A stretch of DNA of 64,000 nucleotides. Source: the human T2T-CHM13v2.0 reference genome, Homo sapiens. The notes under the pieces were generated by a model. The model ran no database searches and was not told the DNA's origin. It saw nothing but the letters and a program-made list of their open reading frames with translations. The stretch lies in the NCBI RefSeq assembly GCF_009914755.1, contig NC_060938.1, one strand, 5' to 3'. Positions 11,600 through 25,949 of this stretch are shown piece after piece. Within the stretch, counting starts at the first letter, position 1; every line of letters starts with the position of its first letter. A program made the position numbers and the translations under genes.

Positions 11600-12665
11600 T
11601 TACATGTAAATAAAAAGCTGAGTGCACATATCATGTGTGTAGCTTACTGGATTTCCACAATATGAAAATATTTATCGTACCAAAAAAAATTCTGATTTGG
11701 AGGCCACTAGACTAGGGTGGCTCTGACACTTTAAATTCCTAGCATTGAAAATTTGGTATAGTGTGACTATACCAAAGCCCAATGTAAACGGTAAATTGAA
11801 AATGAAAACTGAAATTGAAATCAGAAACCACCAAATAACCTCTAACTAGGAAATTTTCATTGTAAACAATCATAATTGTTCTCTTTGTTTGGCTTCTACA
11901 ACCACTTAATAAAAGTTCCCTATCTTGCCTCTTCTGTTAAAGTGCTAGCCACTTGAGGTCTGATGATACAATGAGTACTCACATAAATTCTTTAAAATTT
12001 AAATATGCTGAAGTTTTTCTTTTATCATTGATCAACACTCAGATCAGATACATTTACCAGCATCATAGAAGTAACTTATGTTCCTCACTATTAAAAAAGT
12101 GACTTCTAATAGCATAGATTAATTTTGTCTTTTTAAATTTTATATGAATAGAATAGTACATACTATTTAGTGTCTTTCTACTTACTCAACATCAGGTTTG
12201 TGAGATTTATTCATATTGTTCCATGTTCATTCTCATCGATGAATAATATCCTATTGTCTCTTACCTATCTACTGTTGATGGGAATTTAGGGAGTTTCTAT
12301 TTTCTGATCACTATGAATAATACTCTTATGAACATTCTAGTGCATCTTTTGGTGAGCATGTGTGCATATTTCTGCTGGGTATATAGCTAGGAGTGGAATT
12401 ATTCATTTGTAGTGTATACCTGTGTTCAGCTTTAGTAGATATTGTCGAATATTCTCCAAGTTGGTTGCAGCAATTTTTCCTTGCATTAGCAGTGTATGAG
12501 AATTAAAGTGTCTCAGAGCATCACTAACACTTGATATTGTTGATCTTTTTAACCATTTTAACCAAAGTGTTGATTTTAACCACTTTGATGGGTACCTAGG
12601 TGGTATCTCATTATAGTTTTAATTTGCATTTATCTGATGACTGATTAATTTGAGCACTTTTAAGT
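11600..12665 (-). mobile_element. L1MB/MC 3' region, interrupted at about 11685-12027
   Basis: CTACTGTTGATGGGAATTTAGG...TATGAACATTCTAGTGCATC...CTAGGAGTGGAATT...GTGGTATCTCATTATAGTTTTAATTTGCATT. Confidence 0.75.
11685..12027 (+). mobile_element. Probable ERV1 (MER4-group) LTR fragment nested in L1
   Basis: Ends AATTCTTTAAAATTTAAATATGCTGAAGTTTTTCTTTTATCA, as in MER34-group LTR termini; L1 sequence resumes on both sides. Confidence 0.45.
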
Positions 12666-12706
12666 GTGCATTCACATCCCACTGAAGTAGAATGTTGCTT
12701 TTGTCA

Positions 12707-12872
<166 letters not shown>

Positions 12873-13001
12873 CAGGTCATTCTAAATGTGTGAGTTTATA
12901 AAGGTTTTCAACATTGAACCCAAGTCTCTCCTTTCCTCTACCAAAGAGTAACTGTTAGAAACAGATATTTAAAGTCAAAATATAACAAATATCTTCTAGT
13001 G

Positions 13002-13168
13002 CAGTGGTGCTTGAAGTGAGGCCCCAGACCAGCAATAACAGCATTACACAGGACCTTGTCAGAAAGGCAAATTCTATGGCCCTACCCAGACCTACTGTAT
13101 TAGACACTCTTAAGAGTGGGGCCCAGAATCTGCATTTCAACAAACCCACCAGGTGCTTCTGATACATA
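13002..13168. mobile_element. MER5A hAT-Charlie MITE
   Basis: CAGTGGT...CCAGACCAGCA...CCCAGACCTACTG...GGGGCCCAGAATCTGCATTTCAACAA. Confidence 0.85.
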
Positions 13169-13740
13169 TTCAAGTTGAAGAAAAATTATTCTAACTTATC
13201 TCCTATTTACAGATGAAGGTACTGAGAGCAAAACTAGTTAGAATTAATGATGCAAATATATTCATTTTACTAATATGGAGCAAATTTAGGAACTTCAAAA
13301 TACTTGACATTTCTAACCTGAACAAAATAATTATTTTGTTTAGTTTGATATGAATTTCTTGTGAGCAGAGATTTTTAGAGGAATGAATAACTGAAGGGGT
13401 TTAGAATCTCTTTCCTTGAGACTCCCCTAATGCCGCTGCATGCCTTCAAGTACTGTTTGGGCAATCAAGAGAAATATCCCAAGGCAGAAAAGTGATGGAC
13501 TGGGAAATTTGTTGAGGATATTTCAAGCTTTTGTTTATAAAACTCACTTACCTCTTTTGAATTCATTATTCTTCTCTACTTATCTGAATATTAAATGAGT
13601 GCAGCTCCTACTTTTAGAACCACAAAGATGGAAGCAGCTCCTCTGTGCCAGGCTCTGTGAGTTGTTTGTCCCTCCTAAGCAAACCCTTGGTGAATTATGT
13701 ATTGAGAGCTCCTGCTCTGGCCTGCCACCTGGATGATCAC

Positions 13741-14111
13741 TACTGTGGTTTGAATGTGTCCTCTAAATTCCATGTGTTGGAAACTTAATCCCCAAATTCA
13801 AATGTGGATGACATTCAGAGATGGGGCCTTTGGAAGGTCACTGGGATTGGATATGGTCATCAGGGTGGGGACCCATGGTGGGACTAGTGGTTTTGTGAGA
13901 AGAGGAAGAGAGACCTGAGCTGACATGCTCTTGCTCTCTCACCATGTGATGCACTTCACCATGTTATGATGCAGTAAGAAGCCCCCGCCAGATGCCAGCA
14001 CCATGCTCTTGGACTTAACAGCCTGCAGAAATGAGAGAAATAAATATATCTTCTCTATAAGTTACCCAGTCTCAGGCGTTCAGTTGCAGTAACAGAGAAC
14101 GAACTAAGACA
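13741..14111 (+). mobile_element. MaLR solo LTR (MSTC/MSTD/MLT1A-like)
   Basis: TGGTTTGAATGTGTCCTC...TTGGAAACTTAATCCCCAA...AGATGCCAGCACCATGCTCTTGGACTT...GAACTAAGACA. Confidence 0.85.
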
Positions 14112-15038
14112 GTTACGTTCTTCAGCTCCTGAAATGAGCCATCACCTCAGAGGTGCCTCCTAATTAGAAGAGGAGATTTAGCAGATAACCTAGAAAGGTC
14201 ATATGAATTGTTGCCCATTACTCCTTCCGTTCTTGAAATCACATGGTGAAATACGTGCCTGCTGCATAGAGGCTACTTTCTGGAATGTAGATAAGATGGT
14301 CTGGGCACTGTCTCTAAAGTACTTCCACATTTCCTCTCACTAGCATAAGCAGAGAAAAGAAAAGAATAGAGAGAGGCACTCAAGGCCGTTCAAACTGAAC
14401 TCAACTTCAATTCTTCTGTTTGCTAGTCAAATGGTATTTTGCCACTGTTTTGCCTCACTCTCAGGGAAGGCAACCTAGGAAATATGAAAATCAATTAAAA
14501 AGTGCTGGGTTTCTCTTCCTCCTGTTCTGAGAGTCTGGGGCAAGCATTCAAATTAGACAAGATTGTAACTATTTCTTTACACTCAGCTTTGTGGGACTTT
14601 CTAATGACAAATGAGTCAATATTTCCAAGACTGAAAATAAAAAGATCTTGAGCCATCAACTGTTATTAGTATTGTTATTAAATTTTATCTTCTTTTGAAA
14701 ATTGCCCTTTCCTTGTTTGCTTCTGTTTTAATATGTTAGCTTTTCATGACCTTCACATTATTTGTTTGCAGAGTAAGTAGAGTTAATGCTTCACACTTAA
14801 CATAAAACTTTTCAACTTCAAAGAACTCTTTAAATAAGCTATTTGAAAGCAAGCTAATGGAGGAATACAAAGTTAACATTAAAAAGGGCTCTAAATATGA
14901 ATCTGAAAAGATAATAGCAAAAAGCAAATCATTCAAAAACGTATTTATGAGAATGAATTGAACATATCTGGAGGAAAATGTGAGCAAAGTCTGGAAGTCT
15001 GGATGGAGGATCAGTGCTAATAAGGACTGCATGCATGC

Positions 15039-15041
<3 letters not shown>

Positions 15042-15076
<35 letters not shown>
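15042..15076. repeat. (TG)~17 microsatellite
   Basis: Seen directly. Confidence 0.95.
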
Positions 15077-15079
<3 letters not shown>

Positions 15080-16209
15080 CTCTCTTGTTACTTATCAAAG
15101 TTAGGCTGTACAAATTTTGAAGAAATTCTGCCTGTGCTACTTATTCTAAATTCTAAAATGAGCCTATTGTCACTTTTTCACCCTCATGGTAATTGTAGTC
15201 ACAATTGGGTAAGTGGAAATTCATTTTAAGGTTAGCGATAGGTGCTTGAAGAATTTTCAAACACAACTTCCACATACAGTTAGGGCTCCATTTGGATGAA
15301 CAGCTGGCCTGGCTTTTGTAATCATACTTGGCCTTTTTGATTTGCTAGTTTGATTCTGTTGGCACTATTCATAGGTACCTTCCAGCTCATGATGAAGGAA
15401 ATAGCATGTTTGAGTCCGAGAGCTCCAAGGATCTGTAGGTAATGTGAGGTCACATACCATCATTGCTCTATCCCAGTGTCTAGCACAGTGCTCAAATACA
15501 TTCAACTAATATTTTCAGTGTGATTAAATAAATTAACAAATCATCTTTGGGCTACTTGTAAAACTTTTAAATGGTTAGTATGAGAGGTCACCCTTGCTTG
15601 CTTGGCTGTCCCTTTTTATGGGTCTTTTAGAAAATATAACCCAATCAGCAGCTAGCTTTCTTTCTTTGTAACATAACAACTGAGTATTATGAATAATATC
15701 TATAGTTCATTCAAATTCTCCTTCGCTTGAAGCTCTCTGACATATAGGTGCCATTTGGACTGTGGAGAAGATTTGCATATAACCTCAGTTATTTATTTTG
15801 CAACAGAAAACAAAAAGCACTAAACAAGATTACAAAGTGCAGGTGTGCTGTTAACTCCATATGAAATATTGATTTTTCATAGGGGTCTCTTCTCTACCTC
15901 CAAGCCACATAATTGGCCATAATACCTCATATGAGGAAAATAACATCTTGTTATTAATAAATCCTGGACTCTTAATGGTTGATAATGGAAGACAATGCAA
16001 AAGGTCTTCTAGGTCCTAATTCTTCTGTCTTAAATTTCCCCTGACTCCTGGAGATCTCAAGTTCATTTTCCTGCTACCTCCATGTTGGCATTCTATATAT
16101 TTCTAAGTAACTTTCTGGCCTAATGTCAATGCTTGATTCCTTATTATTCCATAACAGAACAGAGACAAGGCCAACAGGGAAGGGTCGATTTTCTTTAGTC
16201 CAATAAATC

Positions 16210-16445
16210 AAGTAGTTAAGAGTGTTTCTGTTGTCAGAAAGACTTAAGTTACTGTTCTGCCCATTTTTGGTTGTCTGCTTTTAGGCAGGTCATTTTACTC
16301 CTGAGTCTCACTTTCTTCCTCTCTGGAACAGGGATTCATATAATACCCATTTCCTGGGACTATTGAGAGCATAGAGTTACCAGGAAAACTTAGCATAGTC
16401 CCTTCTACATAGTAAGTGCTCAGTAAATGTTAGCTATTATTTTTA
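16210..16445 (+). mobile_element. MIR SINE
   Basis: GGCAGGTCATTT..CTGAGTCTCACTTTCTTCCTCT...ACATAGTAAGTGCTCAGTAAATGTTAGCTATTATT. Confidence 0.75.
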
Positions 16446-16455
16446 TTACAAAATA

Positions 16456-16895
16456 CAGTCAACCCTTGAACAACATGGGTTTGAACTATGCAGGTCAACT
16501 CACACATGGATATTCTTCTGCCTCTGCCACCCCTGAGACAGCAAGTCCAACCCTTCTTTTTTCTCCTCCTCCTCAGCCTACTCAATATGAAGACAGCAAG
16601 GATGAAGACCTTTATCCCGATTCACTTCCCCTTAATGAATAGTAAATATATCTTATCCTCCTTATATTTTTCTCAACATTTTCTTTACTCTAGCTTATTG
16701 TATTATAAGAATATAATATATAATACATATAACATGCAAAATATGTGTTAATTAACTTTATGTTACCCATGAAGCTTCAGGTCAACAGTAGGCTATTAGT
16801 AGTCAAGGTTTTGAGAAGTCAGTAGTTATACACAGATTTTCAACTGGTTGAGGGAGTCAGTGCCTGCAACCCTCACAGTGTTCAAGGGTCAAATA
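16456..16895 (+). mobile_element. Tigger2a (MER28) DNA transposon
   Basis: CAGTCAACCCTTGAACAACATGGGTTTGAACT...GCCACCCCTGAGACAGCAAG...GATGAAGACCTTTAT...TGTTCAAGGGTCAA; TA TSD. Confidence 0.9.
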
Positions 16896-18020
16896 TACCA
16901 GGAAGTGGTAAAGAAGAGATAAACACAAAAAGGAACATGGATCCAGATAATTGGATTTTAAGAAAAAAATGGACTTTCTGGGATTACAGGATTGAACTCA
17001 CTCTAACTCCTAGTATATTTCAGAGAGGGGATCAATATCCTGGCACACAGAGCCTAAGAACCTGGGCCTGGACCCAAGGGGTGGGACCAGAGCATGAAAG
17101 CCTTTCTTCTCTTCCCAGTTTTGTTTTCCTCACTGAGAAACTGTCTCTGTCAAGATAATGGGAACTAGAACTGACTTGGTTTCTGAGAGAAGTACTGTGC
17201 GACATGGGATATAAATGGCTGGCCTCAGCAGGAAAGTAACAGAATACAGCAAAACAAGCCTAGCACCCATGAGAAATATACGTAAATAGCAACAATGAGG
17301 ACATTTTATTACATCTAAAACTTTTTCTCATTATTCTGTGATTTTCCTTATTACCTTCCAATGTTTTCACCCACATACAATTAAGAGTTATTTTGTGCTT
17401 CACTCTCTTAAAATTCCATCTGGGCAGCTCCTTTCCTGGCAGGATAGCCCGTGCCTCTCCAGCACTAATGCAGAACCAGAGGATGAGCATTGGTGAATAA
17501 AGAAGGGGACCTCCCTGGCATGCCAGAGGGGAGAGGGCAACTCCAGGAGATCAGTGAGCAGCCCCGGCTCCAGGCTCCAGAACCAACTCGGACTCTCAGA
17601 GGGTCTAAAGAAGAGGAAAGGCAGGTCCCTTTGGTGGAGCAGACACTGTGAGGATTTTTAGGAATCCTTTCACCATTACCCAGCTCCAGGAAAGGCCAGA
17701 TCAGACTTCATTTGGAAAATTACTTTGTGCCAAGCTTGGGGACTACCATGGAAATAAGATAATAAAATAATTATGACCCATTGAGAGTTGTTCTATACAG
17801 TCAAGCCTACAGGAAAGGAAAGCCTATGGAGAGGTAGATTCCATAGTGGTTAAGGCAGAGATTTTGGCTTGCCTGGGTTCAAATCCCAGCTGTGCCTCTT
17901 AGTGGATGTGTGATCTTGGGCACATTAGTTAATGTCTCTAGACTGTAGTCTTTAAAAGGGTGATATTAATAATATTTACCATATAAGTATCTATGAATTA
18001 AATAAAATAATGTACAAAAG

Positions 18021-19138
<1,118 letters not shown>

Positions 19139-21104
19139 AAATAATGTACAAAAGCACCTGACATGTTGTAGTGCTCATTAATATTAATCTTCCTCTTTAC
19201 TTTCTATAACCAAGGCATGGAACCATTGCTTCCCAACTCATCCTCTCTTTTCGGCATAGTAACCTTTTAAGTAACTTCATGTCAGAAAGGTATTTTAGGG
19301 GCATGTTTTCACGGGCAAAGTAAATAAACCCAGGCAAATTTATCTGGCTCTATTCATTCAAAAAGGCCTGAGAGTAATTTCTTCATTTGGATGATTAACA
19401 TTACTTATGGGGTCACAGTAGCTTGAACTTGCCAATAAAACAAGGCTTGTAGAAAAGAGTTCTTCTCCAATATCAGAGCTCATCCTCTGTTTTGTGGCTC
19501 TGATAGCTCAGACTCTGAGCCTTGCATACCTAGATTGGTAGAGCTTTTTGTTCTTCCTGATTCGTCAGTCCTGTGTGGGTCAACTTCTCATCTGCTAAGT
19601 TCTCTGGCTGTGTCATCTCTTGGTCCCCCTTTGCCCACAGAGCCTGACCTCCCGGTTGACGTATCTGGGTTTGCTTGGAAAGCAGAAACTACTGTATGTA
19701 TTTTAAGCCACAAGTTATTTAAAACAGGGAATGAGATGCTCCCTGACCTACTGGGAGGCCTGGAGAACAGGTTCTAAGCTTCATCTCCAGGGATGGCTTC
19801 CAGAACACTTGCATTGCCTCTGAGGCTTTCACAAGAATAAATGGTTCCAGAACACATTGATGAGATTGCCACCCAGGGATGGGGCAGCCACTACTGCCAC
19901 CACTGCCGGTGATAAATGCCCCCCAACACCCTGGTGATGGGGTCTGCCTACTGCTTATGCTACAATTGCCTCTTCACATCCAGAAACCTGGAGAGTGGAC
20001 ATTGAAACAATGTTGTAGAAAAGCTTGACATTTCCATGGCTTGTGTGCCAGTAAGAATAGCCCCAGAGGACTCTATTCTGCCTTTGAAATCTCATTGAAG
20101 GGATCTAATAGGTGAATTCTCATTCACCTGTAGCATGCCCTTGGATGCACAGAAGACTTAGAAACGTATTTTTTAGCTTTCCTGCCTCTTTAATATAGGA
20201 AGGCACACTGAAGGAGTTCCAAAAGGTAATTAGCTAGTACCAACAAAGGAAGTTGAAAGACTTGGGTGGGCCAAAGTTTAGGTTCAGGTTGTTTATCAGC
20301 TAAAGAGGTAGAGTAGAATGGTTACCAGGGATCCAGAGGTTAGGAACTCAGCCAACAAAGATGAAAAACTAGCTTTGGGAAATTGGGTGGCAGAAGGTTG
20401 TGAGTATAGGCAAAGAGCGTGGTCAAAAGTTTTCACAATCCAAGCATGTGTAAGTCCAGCAACAGTAATGGAATCTGATTAAAATCCAGTGCTTTAGGAG
20501 CTGTAGGTTTCTGGTATCCTCCCTGTTCAGAGTCTCAACTTACCTAAAGTATTGGTAGGCCTGAGCATGCAAGTGGAGGGATACAGGCACATTCAGCTGG
20601 AACAGGGAAAAGGAAAGGCAGAGAGCAAAGCAGTGTGGATACCAAGTACCAGATTCCACCTGATTATCAGTGCCTCTCTGGCCTCCTCCTTGCCAAAATG
20701 AGTTGGTACCTGTAACCATATTTATCTCTCCTACTTTCTGCAGACTTGCTTCATATGTAAACACTTAAATATACTATTCTGAGCTTTGTGTACTTACTAA
20801 AAATCATGTAACTATATTTGAATGTATTGAGAGAAGGTATTAACTTAAGACTGGGTTGTATGTTTACCCAACTCATTGATAACATGCATTAATTACTTAC
20901 TTAGTAATAGAAACAAAAACACTAAGCACTTTGACAAATGATTGTTATGTAAAAATTTCCAGATAATTTATACCAACCGCAAAACAAGAGTAAACATTAA
21001 CATGAAAATGCAGGAGATAATGAAAAATAAATTCATATAGGCAGACACACACATATACACATGTGCATATATTTGTACACATATGTATGTGCATGCACAC
21101 ACAT

Positions 21105-21288
21105 TCACATAAACCTATAAACATATACACAGGTAAATTGTTTTAAGACAAATAACGATGACAACAAAAATTTCACCACCTGAATTCTCAGGACTTAAAA
21201 AGTAGTGAGCAGTATTAACACACCAAAAATTACCTCCTTGGCAAAATAAGGTATTTTGTGAAAGGAGGCTTTCAGCAAACAGATTTTG
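21105..21288 (+). repeat. Dispersed direct repeat, copy A (~185 bp)
   Basis: Shares CACCACCTGAATTCT, CACCAAAAATTACCTCCTTGGCAAAA and TTTCAGCAAACAGATTTTG with 22863-23062. Confidence 0.92.
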
Positions 21289-22862
21289 ACAATTGACACT
21301 CCATGAGCACCATTTGTGAAAAAACACTTTTTTGGGGCTGTAATTTGATGAAGCAGAAAGTGGAAATCAATAGGACATTGCCAAATGCATTCTTTGCCAG
21401 TGCTCCTGTCTTTCTCTCCTTCGCTCCTGTTCTGTAGTAGATAAGAGATAGGAGGAGCCCAGAACACAATATATGGATTTTTAAAAAACTAGCACAATAA
21501 AGGAAGCTACAGAATACTTTTAACTTGAGAAATATATTCAGCAGCATGTTGCACATTTGCTATGTAGCAGAACAGACTGATTTCAAGCCCAAAGGTGGGT
21601 TGGGAGTTTATATGATCCCCCAGAACTTCAGGGAGAACCTTTCTCACCAGAGCTCTTATCTTTACCTCTCGGCACTGCTAGTTTCCATGACAACCAGGCC
21701 AATATCTAGTTCAGTTTTGCAAATACTTTCCAAAGCCCATTAGGCCTAAAATCTTCTCTTTAGACTCTCAAATCTGCCTTATTCCATCCAACCTTTTTAC
21801 TGCATCCTCTTCCTTTAATCTTCTCAACATGGGATGAGAAACATAAGATTTTGTAGTGGCAAATATACCTAATAGCCATACAATGACAGGAGTTAGAGAA
21901 AACAAAAGAAAAAGAGGCTAAAGTAGTTTCCAGATTACCCTAAGGTTGGCTGCCTGATTATTTCTCAGTGTCTCACCTTGTTTTAGACCCTGGCATGTTG
22001 GTTCTGTGCTTATTTGCTTGGCTCTTCTGAGTGGGGATGCTCTGAGTGGGTAAAATGAGAAATGATGATGCAATGTAGTAGCGGGAATACTGTTCTGGGA
22101 GTGGAGACCTCATCTCTGTCTCTGAATTTCTGCCTCTATGACCTTGAGCCACTGTAAAAGAAGGAATGGGACAGAGGGTCTATGGGGGAATTTCTAGCTT
22201 TATTATTTCATGACCTAGTATGAGCAGGATTCAGTCTGTCCACCTTTGAGTAAGTTGTGTTTGCCTAATTAAATATTCTTTCTTCTGGTTGGTGATTAAA
22301 TAGAGTAATTCTAATCTAAAATTAAGAATATGACAGAAAAAAAATCTACTGCTGCTTAGAGAGAATGCTTGTAAGTATTCCATCCAAAGGTTTCACTTCA
22401 TTCCATAGTTCTGAGTGGAAATAGAACTTTTAGGGGCATCTCTAAAGATAGAATATTTATCCTACATTAACTCTCTGCTCAGACACATGCCGGAATTTAC
22501 CTGATGAATTCATTGTTGATTTAAATATTTCAAAATTGTTACATATCTAATAACTAGACCACTCATAAAAACCTTATTAAAAATGTTCTGTGAAACAATG
22601 CCATTTTCAGGAGTAGTTTGTCCAAAGTACAGAAAATTTATTTCTCCTCCTGCAATTCTGCTCACTCCCTCCTGGGTGTGCCAACATCGTAACTATCTTC
22701 AGTCACCCACCAAACTGAACACAAAAGCCAGTACAGTGAATGACCTCCTTGAGGGGCCCACCATCAGTCATTTGTACACAAAGCAGTGCACATTTGTCAG
22801 AACACTGTGAGAAGAACGTTTTCTTAAGACAACTTATAAAGCCTTTCATTTTCTTGCAGAAC

Positions 22863-23062
22863 TCCATATATAATACATACAAACACATACACATGTAAAT
22901 TGCTTTAAGTAAGACAAAGAACAACAGCAGCAACAACAAAAATCCCACCACCTGAATTCTTAGGATTAAAAGTAAAAAGTAGTAAGCAGTATTCACACAC
23001 CAAAAATTACCTCCTTGGCAAAACAAGGTCTTTTGTGAAAGGTTTTCAGCAAACAGATTTTG
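22863..23062 (+). repeat. Dispersed direct repeat, copy B
   Basis: Colinear match to 21105-21288 with small indels. Confidence 0.92.
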
Positions 23063-23787
23063 CAGTACAAGAGAGAGTTTCATAGTAGATACAATAGAGA
23101 TTAAACCTGGGGGTCCAGGAGAAGTGATGCTGTGATGGGGAAAGTTGTAGCTAGAGGACAGCTTGTGAGTGCTGGGTCCCTGGTACATGGCAGGAGGTCT
23201 TATTGAGGGCTTGTTTGCCCAAACTGTTTGTGGTGAATCCTGCTTTTTATTTTCCTCACAGTTGAGGAGTCTTGATTACTCCATATTTTGTGGTTTCTGA
23301 CTTTTCAGTTGCAGTGTATTGTGACTAAGAGAGGAGATACTATGAGACAGGCAAATTATATACAAGTGTTTCAGAAAATGTGCTACCTATAGGCACTTGA
23401 AAGATGTTGTCTTAGGAAGGTCTAGATCAGTCTCTTCCTAAATCTAGACAACCTGCAGAATTTGATTGGATAAAATTTTGAGTCTCCTGCAATCTTGATA
23501 CGCCATGTTCAGATGGCTTCTGCAAAGTGTCACATTTCATCAATAGAAATGCTAGGTCATTGAGAGAGAAGAAAAGTGAGTAGATACAAAAAGAGAGTGG
23601 CCTTTGGAGTGTTGGTGATAAATGGACATCTTTTTATTTTCTTAAGGTTACCTGTATTGCCTGAGAAGTAAGAGGTATTTTTGTAAGGAAGATTAAGGAT
23701 TTGGCTGAATGCCTCAATTTTTCATTGCACTAGGTCCCAAGAACAGCTATTTGATTACATTTAATTCAGCTTCTCTCAGTCTTGGTT

Positions 23788-23790
<3 letters not shown>

Positions 23791-23838
<48 letters not shown>
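23791..23838. repeat. (CA)n microsatellite
   Basis: Seen directly. Confidence 0.95.
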
Positions 23839-24678
23839 CCCTACTTAAAAATATGGTGCCTGCGAGCATTGTTTCTAAGCAAAATGAGATCTTTAAAAAA
23901 TGAGCGAAAGCCTCAATAAGTAATCAGTTTTCAAACAACTGCATTAATCCAAGAAAGAAGCCATTTTATTTCTAATGGCCCCAAAGGGCAGATGTTCAAC
24001 ATTCTGTCACCATCTTGCAAACCTTTGCTTTGGAAGGTACTTTTGCAGTGTTACTCAATCCATTTGGAGAAAATTCAGAAAGAGGCTTATACATCAAAGT
24101 GCGGGAAAGCCAACTTAAGCTTTAGAATAAATACTCAAATCTCTTTTCATATCCGTTATTTGCTGTAATCCTTGCAAAGTAACCTCTAATAATCAGGGGA
24201 GGGGCTGGGAAAATGAAGAGGAAGGGAAACTATTGTATTTGAATGGCTGATTTAAAACAAATAAGAAAATTCCAACATTCTTAAAATATGAATTGGAGAG
24301 TAAAAGTAGGTAGAGGAAAGAAGGAAAGAGCATTCAAAATCTATATAAGCTTCTTATAATAAAAACATATCTCCCAGCAAGAATAATTCTCCACAAGGCT
24401 TACTGTAATTTAACGGGTGGGTTTCAATTACCCTCCCAGGAGAACTAGAGACTGAATCCTTGTCATTATACCTATACCCCTCATGTTTGCAAGATAGAGA
24501 TACAAAATAGTACTGACCTCATAGTTTTTGTTTGATTTTTGCTTTTTGTGAAGATTAAACTTGGTTAATATATGTAGTGATTAGAATAGAACCTGGTACC
24601 TTGTCAGTGTTGTGCAAGTTTGTTGTTGTAATTGTTATTTCTCATTGTAATAGTAACTAACATTTAATGACCCCTTAA

Positions 24679-25340
24679 CAGAGGATTTCTCAGCCTCAGC
24701 ACTATTGATATTCAGGATTTAATAATTTAATCATTAATAATTATTTAATAATTTAATTAATTAAACAATTTAATTTTTTTGCTTGTTTTTGGTGGGGATG
24801 GAGGAGCTGTCATGTGCATGGCACTATTTCATTTAGTAGTTGATATGGTTAGGCTTTGTGTCCCCACCCAAATCTCATCTTGAACTGTAATCCCCATAAT
24901 CCCCACCTGTAAAGGGAGAGACCAGGTGGAGGTAATTGAATCATGGGTGCAGTTTCTCCCATGTTGTTCTCATGATAGCAAGTGAGTTCTCATGAGATCT
25001 GATGGTTTTATAAGGAGCTCTCACTCCTTCACTCGGCATTTCTTCTTCCTGCCGCTTTGTGAAGAAAGTGCCTTGCTTCCCCTTTGCCTTCTGCCATGAT
25101 TGTAAGTTTCCTGAGGCCTCCCCAGCCACGCTGAACTGTGAGTCAATTAAACCTCTTTCCTTTATAAGTTACCCAGCCTTGGGCAATTATTTATAACAGT
25201 ATGAAAATGGACTAATATAGTAGTATTTCTGACCTCTATCATTAGCCATAAGCACTCCCCACTCCATTAAGTTGAAACAACCAAAGACATCACTAGACAT
25301 TGTCAAATGTCCCTTGTAGAGGCAAAGTTGAAAACATTGC
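24679..25340. mobile_element. MER20 hAT MITE split by an LTR
   Basis: TTCTCAGCCTCAGCACTATTGATA...GCTGTCATGTGCAT | GACCTCTA...CAACCAAAGACATCACTAGACATTGTCAAATGTCCC. Confidence 0.75.
24841..25219 (+). mobile_element. THE1D/MSTA-type solo LTR
   Basis: TGATATGGTTAGGCTTTGTGTCCCCACCCAAATCTCATCTTGAA...GGACTAATATA; 5-bp TSD GTAGT. Confidence 0.92.
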
Positions 25341-25349
25341 CTTAATGTA

Positions 25350-25520
25350 TACCAGGTAGTATTCTAAGTTCTTGGCAAATGTTATCCATTTGATGGGCAT
25401 TATTTTAATTTCTATTTTATAGATGCAGTAATTGAGGTAGAGAAGAGTTAGGTAATTTGCCAAGGTCATATAGTTAAAAATGGTAGAGTCAGGATTCAGA
25501 TTTATATAGTCTGACATAAT
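25350..25520 (-). mobile_element. MIR SINE
   Basis: ATTTTATAGATG..TAATTGAGG...GGTAATTTGCCAAGGTCATATAG...CAGGATTCAGA. Confidence 0.75.
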
Positions 25521-25949
25521 CTACTGTATGAAAATGTGTGTGAGCTCTCGGCAGAGCAAACAATAATAATTATTTATTACTATTTCCAAGATAGTTTCTT
25601 ATTTTAATCTTGCGATATTGATAAGGCAGTAGTTGAGTTCTGGAAAACAGAGAGTAACTCTCATTCCCTGTGTCTTGGTAGTAAGGGGCTCAGCTAAAAC
25701 ACTTTACTAATAAATAATGATATGGATACATCAGAGCCCCTCAAGTTTTCTATTTAATTCAGCTGTCAAAATAATGTCATTTATCACAAACACTTATTGA
25801 GCATCTAAAAGTATAGACACTGCTAGAAAAGATTTTTTTAAAAAATGAAAAAGTCTTGTTTCTATAGTAGATACTTGGGAGAGTTTACCCAGTACCTGTC
25901 TGAAAATCACTCCTTTTCCTTCAATCTTCATCTTTAACCAGAGCCTGCA

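Noticed and set aside
19670-20230. Possible very old LTR
   Set aside because: Only vague resemblance; ends and family could not be supported
21105-23062. Pair of LTRs of a small retroelement
   Set aside because: No TG...CA termini, primer-binding site, polypurine tract or outer TSD
24715-24780. AT-only quasi-palindromic tract
   Set aside because: Low-complexity expansion inside MER20
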